A stretch of DNA of 64,000 bases, from contig ADNK01002633.1 in NCBI GenBank assembly GCA_000320545.1, forward strand, positions 22,609 through 86,608. The letters are read 5' to 3'. This DNA comes from Bigelowiella natans CCMP2755. Lineage: Eukaryota > Protista > Cercozoa. The notes beneath the pieces were generated by a model. It did not search any database and had not been told where the DNA came from. It was given only the letters and a program-made list of their open reading frames with translations. Made by a program: the position numbers and the translations under genes. Positions 13,492-28,338 of the stretch are shown here, piece by piece (position 1 is the stretch's first letter; each line of letters begins with the position of its first letter).

Positions 13492-15689
13492 TATATATAA
13501 ACGTTCTTCCTGTATATTTGGCATCTTCCCACCTGCTTCATTAAAACCTTGTATGCATCTGATTTAATACAACTATATTGCTTCATGGATGGTCTTGCAA
13601 CACTCGCCGACAGCTCCGGGGAACCACGCAATACTGGTAGTAGTTCTTAAGGGAGAGACGTATTAGTGGTAGTAGTTAGTGGTAGTAGGTGGTGGTAGTA
13701 GTGCCAGTAGCCGCAATATCTGACGTCATTTTTCTGTCACTGGATTGTGATCTAAAGTATGGCATTTTTTGAGAAAACGATAAGAGAGGGATGAGTAGTG
13801 CGCTTGCCTTAGTGAGTGTCGCGTGCAGTCGGTAAAGTGCTATGTGTCTGACACGCTGCTGGCACGCCGAAACCGCATATGGTCAAATACAGGCTCAGAG
13901 TCGACTACGAAGACGGGAGCGAAGAAACCCTCCCATGGCCAAATGCAGATGTACGGAGTTATTCCTTTGACATAATGTTATAAATACCATCACTATTGAG
14001 TCAACTATCAAATCAACCGTCTTGAGTTTTTTATCATTCAATTCTATTTATGAAGGTGAAGCTTGTACCTCGTGGAATGGAGCACACGCTATTTAACAAA
14101 GCCTCGTTTGCCCTGCGACTTCCGAAATTGCCAGACACGTACTATTGATTGATGGCGTTTGCTTTTGTCGCTCGTGTATTCAGAAGAAATAAACTCAAAT
14201 GCATACATCGTGCGCCTTCATTATTGCTAGGACTACATTGCATACCTACACATGAAACGATGAAGGCACTGATGTTGCTTATTCCGACAATTACCACAAC
14301 TTAAATACGAAATCAGGCCTAGGACTGCTGCTGCAAAAGGGGATGCGATGACAATGGACGACGTACTTTATACATCTGATAATGAACTATTTACGCACAA
14401 CGACACATTGCCATCAATGACCACTCGTATTTTTGTAAATAAACATATGATATCTGACAGAGAATATGCGCTGTTATATATTTAATCTTATCACTTTTTG
14501 GTTCTTGTACTCATCCCTACCTTCCTATCTAACACCCCTCTCTACACGCGTCGACATGGCAATTTTAAGGAGGCAATTAATTGGCCGAAGCCTATTAGAT
14601 CCCCGCCTCCTAGAAGGCCAAAGCGATCAGACTCGCCAGGTTTTTGCTTTATTTGATACACTGCAATGAGACGAGAAACAATTAACCCCTCTATGCAACA
14701 ACGGTGAAAACACAGCGTGTGGTAATATGGTGTAATAATCTGTATCACAACACGGTGTAAAAACTAGTGATGATCGAAACCGAGAAGCGCCCATCAGCAA
14801 CCCCAACGTCAAGAACTGTTAAAACGTCAAAGGCAAGAACGGTAAAATCCAAATACAATCCTTCCTCCCGCAACTTTCTCCATAGCCCTCTCTCAGTTAC
14901 GTCGCGTGTGTTTGCTCACGCGTACTCATCACTAATGTACGATGACAGCCCACGTCCCCCAAATCGCCCAAGTCGCCTTCGAGTAAACGGAAAGCTAGAA
15001 AGAAGAAGCAAGAAAAGGTGTTTGAATATGGGCTTTCTTCATTTTATCTTTCAATCCTACGTGCAAGCTATGCAGCGTACTCGCCGCCGGCCCCTACCTC
15101 GTCATTAGACAATTTATATTGACCTGATTACTGCAATATCAATTGTACTGTTATTTGCTATGAAATCGGAAACGGCGGGGTCTGGTGATTAGAAGGAAAA
15201 ATCTCCGGCTGAAACACCACCAGCCAAGAAGAAGACCTACGCAACGCCTTGGAAACAGGAGAAGAGTCAGTTATTCTATCGATCGATTTTAGTCTTAGGA
15301 AAAAGACGTTTGCCGTTTTTTTCCGCGTTGGGCCGTTGTATTTATGCTGAATGATGTATTTTATTTCTCTCGCTTACTCCTTGCTTCTTCCATATTTAAT
15401 CAGAGAAGAAAAAGAAAAAGCCGCCCCCGCCGCCTCCAGACCGAGATGACGATCATAGCGTTGTTTCCGATGTAATACGACGCTATAAACTCGGGTTGAT
15501 ATACATGCACGCCTTATCCACACTACTCTATACTTTACGCAGTTTGAAATCGAAGATGACTTCGGCGAGGAGTTGGGTACAAAGGGGACAAAAAAGGTCG
15601 GTTGCTCATCATCCGCATGGTGTGCCCCTGCCAACTCCACTTACGATTCATATCGTAGAGGAGGAAGTGCGTTATTTCTCACTCTCTAT

Positions 15690-15730
<41 letters not shown>

Positions 15731-18700
15731 TCATTCTCTCGATATATAACTCATTTTGTGTGTGTGTGTATGTGTGTGTGTGTGTGTGTGTGTGGGTAGA
15801 GTGTGAGTGTTCGGTACTTTAACTTTAACCTGCATTCTTCCAACTTGCCGCTCGCCTCCTCTCTCCTCCCATCCACCTTTCCTTTATTTAGGTTGTTCGT
15901 GTGAATATGGTGAGGTTTAAGCGAGGGATCAAGGAAGATGTCCGAAGAGAGGTCGTGTTGGAATTTGAGAGTAGTGTCACGATGTTATGAGAGGCTAAGC
16001 CGATTCTATATCACCGCAGTCAGTCACCGTTTGGATATTTGCGACGTCCATCGGCGATTTTAAACGCCATTTTATTTCACTGCTGCTTATAATGATAGAA
16101 GACGGTGACAGTGCTGACGGTGTTTAATGTTTGAATAAAAACAGCTTAATACGGAGACTCAGGAACTAGAAAAGGCCAAGGAAGCCTTCGAGGCTGAGCG
16201 GTTTTCCAAACTCTCCGAAATAGAAGCGTTAGAGAAACAAACAAAGGAGGTCGGCTCTATAATACACACAAGTGAACAATTTGCTACATGGGTTGCACGC
16301 GAGATCCTCTGTATGATGTATGCACGGAGCAAAAAGGAAGTGAAAACTGATTGAATACCAATTAAACAAGGGCTTTGGCAAAAAGCTGAGCGCACGCAGT
16401 TTCAGCGCCGTTTTACTCACCAAAACGATGCGCTGACCATCTTTGAAATTATCTTCTGAATAGCGGCAAGTTGAAGTCGATACCATTATAAGACAACGGA
16501 AAGTGGAATTGAAAAAACGCAACAGGGCCAGGTGCTATTGTAGAACCCTCTTTATGCCTTATTCGTTGTATTCATCATCTTTTCTTCACCAACTCTTTGT
16601 GCTTTATCTGCATATAGTCTGCTTCTCCAAGAGCAAGAGCGATTGATTATCACTAAGGATGATGTTGAAAACGATGGTGAAAACAACAAGGTTAAACCGC
16701 GAGCCTGCGTGCGAGTGTGCATGCCAGTGCGCGCGCGCGTGTGTGTCGTTGTTTTCTTATTTTCCAACGAACAACTACCGCCACTACAACAACGAGAATA
16801 ACCGGACAATTGATGATTTTAACCTTTATTGGATGGCTCCTACTTGCAATGCTATTTTGCATATCGTTGCCTAATAACCGTTCGTCACACAACCAGGAGG
16901 AGGCAGCGGAGGAAGATAATCAGGTGTCATATACCACATCTTCTTGGAAAAAAATGAAAAAACAATAACAATAACAAGTTGACTTATATGTCGCGGGAAT
17001 ATTTTTAAGTGTATTTAGCACATAGAAAACACGACGGTGTTGATGTTTGCGATGATATACTTCTGAATAAGGAATAAATGCTGTTATATGTGTATATTAT
17101 ATATATATATATATATATATTATTTATGTGTACGTGTGTGAGTTTGGGTGCTTACAAAAAATCGGGTAACTTAGGCGGGAGAAGAAGATGATGACGACGT
17201 CACAGATATAGATATTGGAATGGCTGGCAAGGGAGGCAAGCCCATAGCTTTCGGACCGAATACACTAGAAGTCGATCTAAAAAAGCTCACAAAGTAAGTC
17301 AAGTTCTAATGCACACATGCATACCTCCATTTATTAAAACCCAACTTGCAACCATCAAGGGGTGCGAACAAGGAAGAGAAAGATCTGATGTTGAAGCTGC
17401 ACAGAGAGGCCGAAGAAGAGTAAGGACTCCTATATGTATCCCGAAGTACCAAACGACATTCTTTATAATTTTTGACTATCTGCATGATCTCCACTCTTAT
17501 GGCGTGATATGACGTCTGTTACTGCGAATCCCACCCTCTCATCTACCCGCTGACTTACTATGCTCCCCCCCCCCCCCCCCCCCCTCCCCTCTAGGCTTTC
17601 AAATATACAAACTGGGGCCGAGGAGCGAATGTTGAAGATTAAGGAAGAAACAACCCTTCAACTTAAGCACGCAAGAAAATTGGCAATTAGAAAGGGAAAA
17701 GACGCAGACCAAATCACGGAGGCCCTGCGAGTGCAATATCGGAAGGCAGAAGCAAAAATGCGGGCCTTAAAAGACGACCGTGCGCGCGCCAAGGCTGATA
17801 TCCAGGAACGCATCGCAGCTCTGGAGGAGAAGCGGAAAAAGCAGCAAGATTTTCTTCGAGAAAGACAGAAGACCCTTCTGGACAAGGCGGCAAAGGCGCG
17901 AGGGGAAACGTCGAAGATCATCGAGATCGAGCAGGAAAAACAGCGTACCATCGAGGCGCGGGAGAGGAAGAAAATCCGCGAGATTAGCCGCCGTGCAAGA
18001 AACTTGATAAAAGAAAAACGCGAGGAAGAGGAAGTGGACAAAGGCCGAGAGAAGCTCAAATCCGAATTCCTTGAATTAGAGAAAAAACGCATTTACTCCT
18101 TGGCGCTCTCTGCTAGAGAGGAGGGCCCAGCGTGGGACGACGCTGCGGTGTTGTGTCATCCTGATAAAAGCATTTTCCTCCAGTCCGCCTGGGGGCGAGA
18201 TTTCCGGGAATTTTACTCCAACTCGAAAGGATCGGATGCCTCGTTTGAGTTTTGGCTATCCGTCGAGTCGATTCGCGACTGGTGGTTTGGCAAGGGGAAG
18301 GGCGCACCTGAGAAGCACATTCGCCTTGCAATGGCGATTAAAGACATCTGGGCGAACTATTTCTCACCAAACCGTAAGAAAAACAAGGAAGGTAGTAGAA
18401 TCACGGTCACCACCACCCCAGACATCGTAGAAGATTTAAAGGACACCGCTCCCGACTACACCGTGGAGTTCTTTGCCGATGCGCAAGTGTACGCGTTCGA
18501 GAAGCAGATAATGGAAAGTTTCACTCGCTTCTATAACGTCGCCACGCGAAAAACGGTGCAGTCAAAGGACAAAGCAACAGCGGAAAGAGAGCTTGAATTA
18601 ACAGAGCAGGAACTAGAAAGCACGTCGCTACAAGAGGACTTCGACGGCGGCTTTGTAGACCAGAAACACGAGGAAACTGATGGTGGTAAGACTGGAAAGG

Positions 18701-21700
18701 AGGAGGAAAAGGACTTTGATGAGCAGAAAGAGTTCGTCAAAATTGCGCATTTAAAGGCGCTATTAGTGAAGGCGGAGTCCGTTGCCTCTTCAATCGACCC
18801 AGTACTGAAGTACCATAAAATGCACAAGATCCTTATATCAAAGCGCGAGAAGCTCCGTCGGTTGGAGCAGGAGATGAAAACTCGCGCTGCTCGTGAATCC
18901 GAGTTCGTCGGGATTCTTACGCTGTGCAAGTCTCCAACGGCTTTCGACTTCATGTGCCTCGCAAGAGTAGGGCAAGAAGAATTTGAAAATTTCCTCTTCC
19001 TCGAAAACCGCCTTCCTATCCTATCGATACTGCGACACGTGTCTGCCCGCCTGGCGAGACTGTCATATGATAGTGCCAAGGACGTGCAAACCGACGATTT
19101 CGAAGAAGGGGAGAATAAGAGAATCGACGCCATTTCAATGCGGTGGACGCCTAAGCTTCTCCAGATCGCGGAGCATGGAATCGGCGAGGCTCTGAACCCG
19201 TACGCTCTAACACGACTGACATTCGAACAAAGGGAGGCCGGCGTTGAAGAGAAAAAGGTCACCGACTTCAACCTCGAGGATCTACGCATCTTGGCGTCTA
19301 ACGTACACCAGACCGTGAGAGAGCATTTGTGGCCAAAATACCTTGCGTCCCCGTCGTGCACATTTTTCCAGCAGAACGGCTACTCAGAGCCGTACTTCCC
19401 GCCAAGGCTGACGAACGTGCAGTTTTGGAGGTCGTTGCGCATCTTTATCCGGGAAAGAATGCCTAGACTTATGCCGACGCTGGATCTATGGAATTGCGTG
19501 CAAAACCTCGTTATGCAAAGCCACTTGTCGCAGGCGGAGGGCTCAAACGGGTCTCTGCTGGGCAAAGAGGACGAGATGTACATCCCCGAAGTGCATTTGA
19601 ACACGCTGCTTAAATTCAATCGTTTGCCCCGGAGCGAGACCATCGTTGCGGCTGTGCGGGCGTGCGTCGAGAAGGGCCACATCGAGCGAGCGAGTGGTTG
19701 GCTGCGCCGGCTCGAGAGTGCGGAAGGCGTTGCGGAGCATGCAACTGTCGCTTTGAGGAATGAAGTAATGCGGGCCTACGCCGAGCCAGGCCACGTCTGG
19801 AGATGTGAGAGGGCGCTGAGAGACATGGAAGAGCAAGACCTAACGCCTGACCAGCATACGTTCAACGCCGTATTGAAAGCGTATGTCACTGCAGCGGAGA
19901 GGGAGTTTGAGAGCCAACAGAGCCTACGAATCTACGGCTTGAAAGAGCCGAGGCCCGCACCCGACGCGGAGACCTTTATGTGGGTAATCAAAGCGTGTGT
20001 TGGAGAGAAAGACCCTTTGTCAGCTGAGAGATGGCTTGAGATCATGGAAGATTCTACCGGGCTCACGATCACCGAAGAACATTATTCTATTGTTATTAGT
20101 GCTTGGGCAGAGACAGGAATCATTGAGGCAGCTGAGCGGGTTCTTAACCACTGCAAGCGAAGCTTTGAGAAGAAGGACGTGCCTCTTGCTGTGGGGGCGT
20201 TCTTGCCCGTGTATCTCTTGCAGCCGAAGAGAGAAAAGGCGAGAGAGATAATAGACGCTATGCTCACCGAGCTCTCTCAAATCTGCAAAGACCTCGAGAC
20301 GACCGACTTCAAGCTCGAGAACTACCCTGAAATGCAGGATTCCAAAACGGTAGTGTGTTCGTTCACGCGGCCGGAGCTACATGCGAAAACCGGCGAATGC
20401 ATGCGGTCCTTCATCGCTGCGATTCGGGGTAAATATGCGCCTACCAAAGAAGACCTTAAAGACCCCTTCTTCATTTCGAAACGCCAAATACAGCGCAACA
20501 AGGAAAGGGCAGGAGCTGGACACGGCGACGATGCGCGTAACCCAGACGACAGCCCCTCTTCCGGATATGATTTTGAAAAAGAGGAACTCAAAGCACGGGC
20601 GCGACGCAATACCGTGAGAGAGATAGAGCGGCTGCTGAGCGAGGTGGAGAAGAAACCTGTCCTTCGCCACTCAAATGCGGGGTTCGGGTGGTTGCACCGG
20701 TTTGAGGAGGTAGTGCCATTGAGATTTTCCGTAGAGAAGAAGACATTTTTGCCAATTTAGTTTTTTTTCGAAATGCTATCGTTATCCATCATGTCTTTGG
20801 TTGTAAGGAGGCCGAGCCAGTCTATTTGTTCTTTTTTATCGCTAAGCCACGCGTTGGGCTACGGGGGTGTCCAAATTAGGATTAGGCTCTTCTGAATATG
20901 AGATTGATGATGATATATCCCCATTCTTAGGAGGAAATGCTACCGACCGAAAAGGCTGTGCACGACCTACTCAAAGCTGCGAGCCCTCGTGGCGACTTCG
21001 AAACAGTACAGAAGTTATTAGAATTAAGCATGAGTGACAAGCATGATATCAAGGTTGTGGGGAGGAAAGAGGACTTGATGCATCTATGCGGAGCGTATGT
21101 CCAAACATCTTTCAGCCACGCTAAGACGATTAAGGACGATCTAAGCCGTGCAAGCATTGAGCTAGCACCGAGTGAAATCGAAGAAGCAATTTTTCACGCA
21201 GAAACGCAAAACCAAGGTCCGTTCCGTACATATCCATGCGTATTGTATAAATTCTATGCGGGCGGTAGGAACGCCATAAAAGGAAGATTGAACTTAGAGT
21301 AGTAAGAATAGGGAATAGTAGGTACTTGAAATGCAGCTATCAAGAGTGGTTCTATATCATCATTTTGTTCGCAGATTCATCGTTAGAAGGGTGCTTACTA
21401 AATTCCTTTCTGTTTGGTGTGTTTTTCCATCTATCTTTTCAAAGCCGAAGCTGCGGTAGGGTTGCTAGGACTAATGTTTCACTCCAAATACACCTTGAAG
21501 ATGGAACACTTCGATTCAGCATCTAATGCATTTGGCGGATTTGAAGCCGTTCGCGGGTTCATCGACGGGTGCGACAAGGCGTTTTGGCTGACTAAGGAAG
21601 CCGAGTTTAAAAAGCACCGAGAGATCACAACTAACTGGATCGATGAGATACAGTTCCTTCTTGAGTCTTGCCCCTTGCAGGAGGAAGATGGTTATGAGTA

Positions 21701-24698
21701 CTGCCCAATGACACTCGGCGCGCGCAAGTGCAACCAGCGTGATAAGGTCAAGAATGGCGTCTGCTTGGAGTGCGGGTTGGCCTCAATCGAGTTCGGTCAT
21801 TCCGTCGCCCTGGCTGACTCTGAAGGCAATACCGAAGTTGATAAGAAATTTCTACAAGATGTCTCTCAAGCAGCATCAGGCAGCACAGGCGTAGCAGCGG
21901 GAAATAGAAACGAGGCCGAAGGAGACGAAGATGAAGACAACGATGACGAGGGGAAGATGGGGATAGTCGGGATTAAAGTACCGGAAGGACGGCGCGCTGC
22001 CATACTCCTCAACTTACACAAAAATGATAAGCCGAAGCAGCCAGTGCCTCCAGAGGCTCTAGGAATGGCCTACCTCACAGCGATTTCCTGCTCGCCGAGT
22101 TCAACGTCTGCCTTTAGCTTTTTGGGAGAGGCGCAGGGCCTTGGCCTTGATCTCGGCATCCAAGGATACGTTGCTGCCCTCACTGCGTGCGAGAGCAATA
22201 AGGAGCGCGACGAGACCGTGAAACTTCTCCGCAGGATCCAAAAGGCGAACCTGGAGCTCAACGCCGACATGTTTGTTTCTGTGTTCAAGACGTTCGGCGG
22301 CATCGGCCACGCTGAGGAGTGCATTCGTTTGCTGCAGTTTGCCCGCATCAATATGAACGAGTTTACGGTCAATGGCATCATCGAAGCCTACGGCAGATTG
22401 GGGGGACAACTCAAGATTACACAGTTTGTCAGGCACCTGAAGCAAACGATGCCTAATTACCACGCGACAAGAGATAACTATTACTACGCTCTCAAAGCGC
22501 AGATGAAGACAGAGCAAAAAACACTGCTAAAGCGCGCCGCGTCGAGTATAGACGCACAACCTCTTCCCGTCGATGAAGACAACGAAGAGGTTGACGAGAA
22601 AGAACAGTTTTTTGTAGAAATTAAGGAATCCGCAGTGGAGTCTTCTCGTTCCCTGTTTCAAGCGGCTGAGCAAATCGATTGGATTATTGGCCAAAGGCAG
22701 CTAGAAAAGAGTCGTTTCTTCCTTGCAGCCGAAGCAGTAGAGCGCTTGGCAAGCGGAAGAAAACCAACGGGTGAGGAAACTAAAGAACTCACGGAGCTGC
22801 TGAAGCCAAAACCGTCTTTCAATGCGAAGGCAGAAAAAGGCGCACTCTTATCTGGAAGGGACTTGGACCCGTTCTTAGCCAAGAAGGTTGATGGAATCCT
22901 CGGCCTAGCCGATGGAAAACACTCAGAGAAGAACAACGATTCGGCAACAGGAGGAACCCAAAATGAGCAGGTTACGGGCGGTGCTGAGAAGGCTGTTGTC
23001 TTTGCCGACGACGATTTGTCTGATGAAGAAGACGAGGGAAATCCCATCGAGATTTTAGAAATGATGCAGGAGACGGAAGTGCCCGTTGATCACGGCATCT
23101 TCGAGGTTGTCGTGGACGCCTACGGCGGCTTTGACAACTGCTTCGAGATCTTCAAAGATATGAAGGAGGCAAAGGTCTTCACGCATGCGCCCATGTTTGA
23201 GGTCATCATCGATCACTTTGCCGGGAATGGCGACATCAAGACCGCTAGAACTTGGATGAAGCGGATGTTGCTATCGGGCCACGACCCGCACAGAGAGACC
23301 TTTTTCGGCCTGGTGGACGAAGCCGCAATAAACGTAAAACACGATCTCAGTGAGAAGTTCATGCGCTCTATAGCGTACTCGAAAATCTCCCTGGACGAGG
23401 AGTCCCTCACCAAAACCATCCAGGATATGCTGGCTAGCGGGCCGGCAGGCCTGGGGCAAGCGGAGCACTTCCTGAAGGGGATGGAGGACACGAAGCTTCC
23501 TGTCAAGATCTACGACATAATCATCGAGGCGCATACAAAGGCGGAGAAAGGCCATTACGCTCAAGACTGGCTCGACGTGAAATTCCAGATGAAATACGAG
23601 CCGTCAAGGGAGCAATGGCGCGCGGTGGTGTACGGCTGCTTTGTAGCGAGGATCAAGGGCAAACGAACACTCCGGGCTTTGGATAGGATGCGAGCACAGC
23701 AGGTCACGCCAGATATGCAGTATTTCAATAAAGCGTGCGAGCGGCTGGTGTCGCAAGGTGACTTGCGAAAGGCCGAGATGTGGCTTCAAGAACTTATCGG
23801 GCTACAACAAGAGCCGCATAGCGATTGGTACAATGCTATTGTCAGAGGCCATTGTGACGCGAGGAATCCTGAGGAGGCCCTCGTCTGGATGTTCAAGATG
23901 GAGAAGCTCAGCTTAACACCTTATAAGAGGCGCTGGCGTGATTTGTTCTCATCCTGCAAGATCATTATGGACACGAAGATTGCTGCGCGAGTCTTGCGCA
24001 TTGCTCATGAGCGGAAATTCGACCCTGACCCTGGCTTCGTCCCAGTAGAGCTAATACAGGAGGCTAAGTACGATGATGCCATTACCTGGCTAGATGGCAT
24101 GAAGGCAGAGGGGTTCCCTCAGGGCGCCGATGTATATCGAAACATGTTCAGATCGCTACGAGACATCGAGTTTTGCAAGAAGCTGTACAAGAAGTTTATG
24201 GCGGAGGGCCTCAAGCCCAGTTCAAAGCTTCTCTACGCCGTGTTAGAGTCGTCAGGAGGACACCGTCGGATAGACACGTATTTCAGTGTTATCAGCCCTT
24301 TTCGCCACGAGTATACCCCCGAGGCGTGGGTAGGTTTGTTTAAAGAATGCAAACACTCTGGAGATGCCAAATCCGCCGTTGACTTCATGGCTAAGGCGCG
24401 GGAAATGAATGTGTCGCTTTCAAGGTCCTCTTACGTCGATGGGCTGGCTGCTTGTGCCAAGGCAGGCGAGTCAAACTTCGCACAGAAAATCGCCAAAGAA
24501 GCTGAGACGCTGGAAAACATCTGTCTGGACACTGAGATGTGCAATCTTCTGGTACGTGCGCATGCGAAGTGTGCGAACAAGGCTTCCAATGAGTCAGAGT
24601 CGCCTGCAGCGAGAGCGTCGAGATTGCTGGAGCGCTTGTTGGACTTATGGTCACCACCCAACAGCGTCTCCGTAAACGGTACTTCACATATATACATG

Positions 24699-24735
<37 letters not shown>

Positions 24736-27700
24736 AATACATATATATTTACATATGGATTTGAAGCTTATGAATCTGTTAAGCTTGTTATGATCGTTGT
24801 CGTTCACTCGTCGGTACAAACGTTGTTTTTTCTTGTTGCTGCTTCTGATGCGAAGACTTGACCATTTTTATCGCATATTGTTGCGCAGGTGCGGAGGCGT
24901 GTGTATTACGGATGCAGAACGCGAGCGTTCCTCCCGACCGAACAAGCTTCGGGTATATGCTCCGAATCTACTCGTGTGCGGGGGAAGCTAAAAAGGCTGG
25001 AATCGTCGCCGAGCTGATGCACAAGGAAAATGGTGCTCAGAAGGAGGACTTCAATGAACTCGTCCGTGCGTGCGCGAGAGCTGGGGACTCTAAAGCAGCC
25101 TTTGCTCTCGTCGAGACGATGAAGGGGCGAAGTATCACCCCCAATGCAGAAACCTACCACTACCTCCTGGAAGCAATGGGGGCCGACTTGGACGCCGAGA
25201 TCTCAGGGGATGACATCGTTGCGGTGATGAGGAAGGGGGAGGAAAGCGACGGTTGCGGGGAAGAAGTTCATCTGGGGGCTATGCGTGGGCTGGCCATGCG
25301 AGCGGAGGCAAAAACAGCTGCTAGGATGTTTGAAATACTGCTAGACATGGCCATGCCGAGGGTTAAAGTAACGGAAAACATCGAAATAGGCCTCGCCGCG
25401 ATGCGTGCGGCTGCCCTAAACGCCAGTGTAAAGAACGCCGAGCACATCATGCATCTGATGCGCGACGAGGGCATAATAGACCTGCAAGACTTGGATGTGG
25501 GGTGCTCAGAAAAGATCCGGCATCTTCGCGCCGTTGGCCTGGCGGTCTTCTTCGAGGCGTGTGCCCGTGCTAGGAACAAGGAGGCAGCGATGCAGCTCCT
25601 TAGAGCTCTTGAGAAGAAGAATGGAAGCTTGGATTATAAGCTTTCGCCGATGCATTTCGACTATATCGCTCGGGCATGTTCGGCGTGTGGGGACTACGAG
25701 AATTCTCATAAGTATGCGGAGATGGCCGCTGAGTCTGTACGAAAAGGTACATGAATTTTTGAATTGGAAGCCTCATTTATGTTAGCAATGGTTTCTTTGA
25801 TGGGTGGCAGTGCCATATATCTCGACTTTCTAAAATTAAATTACTGATTGTTTCTTGTGGCGTCTCATCTTTCCCGTAGGGTCATACGACATATTAAAGC
25901 AGCGTGAAGCTAGAAACTTATCCTCGGCGGGTAGTAAAATCTCAAAGTCCGACCGGGCGATAGTGACGGCCAATAAAACCTTCGAGCTCTGTCAACTGCG
26001 CGACGCATACACGCATTTGTACACGCGGAAACGGTGCGGGCTAACAAAGGCCGAAGCAAAAGACTTCGAGCGGCTAGTTACGAATGGAAATAAATCTGGC
26101 TCATTTAGTTCTGACCTTCAAAAAATAGAAGGTAATAGTGACTCACGTTTCGGTCTGTGCATAAACGAACAAGCGATATAAATGTAAAAGTTTCAGCGGT
26201 GGTTGCGGTGGAACTGTAGGCGCTTTGCAGCTCTAGAAACCTATCATATATCACTCCCCATTATTCTCATATACATTGCAATGCCTACTTCGTTTTCCCA
26301 TCCATCTCTGTTAACTCATATGAAAAAAATGCTAAATCTGTCGCCCTTCCTCCTCCCCCGCCTTTCACCACTCATGACTTAGGCTTGATACTCGATCGAC
26401 GCATTTCGCCAGTGATTTGTGCTTTTCGAATGATGAGAGAGTTCTTGCTTTGTGAGGCAGAGCTGGTACTGACGCTGGAGAGCCATCCAAAAGGTTGTGA
26501 TTTCGTTTGTGTCTCCTCGATGTCATCTGATCTCACGTCACGCAATTCTTGGCAGAGGGAGAGGGAGGGAAAGGGCATATACAGCCTCGGTTCATTACTA
26601 TTTATTTAAACAAAATATCATAAACAATGCAGGCTTGCGATTATTCGTGAATACGTATCTTGGCATGGATCATCTGGGGCAGTATCTTAAGGCCCATAAG
26701 CTCGGCGACTTAATCGAGGTAAAGATAACAAAGGAAACATGAGAAACATCACAAGTCCCACAGATGTGGACCTTACGTTACAACAAAAGAGCTTTGGATG
26801 AAGTTTCTGTCTTTGTTTGACGGGGAAACATAGCATAGTCTACACCGCCAAATCAACGAGATTTGTTCTTGGTATATTTTTGCGTAACAGGTATTGAAAC
26901 CTTCATTCCTCTATAAGCTTCCGCTAGAGCCTCCCCCTGACCCTAATCCAGACTACAGCTGGATCGATGAAGGCTATAGAGGAGAAGAAAAAATCAGCCC
27001 CGATCTCAAGAAGAAAGTAACGAGCATGAAAGTCGCGATTTCCTTTTCCAAATCCTCAAATCTGTTGTTCGTTCTTCCAGGTAGCTACGGCAATCAACGC
27101 CTTGATAGCGTCGTCATCGAAGCGAGAGGTATGCCCACATCATAGCAAGGGCATTATTTTGGGAGTCCGAAAACAAATATCTCCCTTCCCGTTGACCTCA
27201 CCTCGCGCGCCGCTGGTTAATTGGCTATATGCGTTGTTTCTGATCCGATCACTTTGCCATTGATTCGCTGTCTGGCCAGGTGCGAAATCGCGTGTGCGAG
27301 TGGGCAGAGGAGCACGTGTGGGATGACTTTTGGAGAAGCGCCTACGCGGAGAAACTCCGGAAGAGGTATGAGGGAAACACTAAACGCACTGAGAGCTCGC
27401 CAGAGAAACCAACAGGGATGTGTAGATGAAGAGTGGTACGAAGCTGGGCGAGACGAATACTTCGCGATGTTGTAGATTAGTTTTGGAACTTGCGTGCTGA
27501 CCTTTCCTTTCAACCAACCTCTGCTGCCGTCGTTGTTTCTACCAGCTGCAGCGGTGGGGATCGAGAGAGTCTGGAGGCAAAGACGAAGGAGGAGCTCAAA
27601 ATGTACGGCACGCCGAAATTTGCCCTTATTTGATTTATTAGTGTGGTGTTGGTATGATCCTTATCGTTTCTTTCTGTTGGAACTGTGATGCTCGTTGTAG

Positions 27701-27984
27701 GTATGATTTAAGGCGTCTAGAGAACGCTAGAAAAGCCCGTCAAAGTATTATTGGTGCGTACAATTGTAAGCTGCTTTTGTTGAATGCAAGGACGCACGCG
27801 GTTGTCAGCATAGAGCCTCATCTTTTCATGGGTTTCCATCTTATCTTCGCTAAAATTTGCCTCTATTTATTTCATCTGCTCAGACGGCAGGAAAGACAAA
27901 ATAAATGCGAAGATCAAGATAATAGAGGTGATCATAGAATAAGCAAGCGCCCAACCAAGAATGCTTGGCAAATCTCTCTCCTTC

Positions 27985-28031
<47 letters not shown>

Positions 28032-28056
28032 CTTTCTCTCTCTCATGTGTGTGTCA

Positions 28057-28098
<42 letters not shown>

Positions 28099-28302
28099 TA
28101 GTATGAAGTATATTCATTTTGAAATTAATCTATTCATTTCAGGATCGGATCGAAGAAGAACGAGAAAAGAAGCGAAAGGAGGTAATTCTTGCTGTCAAAT
28201 TTGTTTCTATTTTTAAAAGTCGCTCCCCTCCAACCACCTGTTAATAAGTGGGGGCGATTCGACTCGATGCGTGCAATATACCAATCGAGGTGCGCATGTG
28301 TT

Positions 28303-28338
<36 letters not shown>

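Noticed and set aside
17658-25709. Long antisense ORFs opposite the RGS-PPR exons
   Set aside because: Expected shadows of long GC-balanced coding exons.
25747-26382. End of the PPR gene at TGA 25754 and a separate downstream coiled-coil gene
   Set aside because: A donor at 25746/7 and in-phase exons 25880-26131 and 26383 onward continue the frame, and shared motifs favour one gene. Not fully excluded without transcripts.
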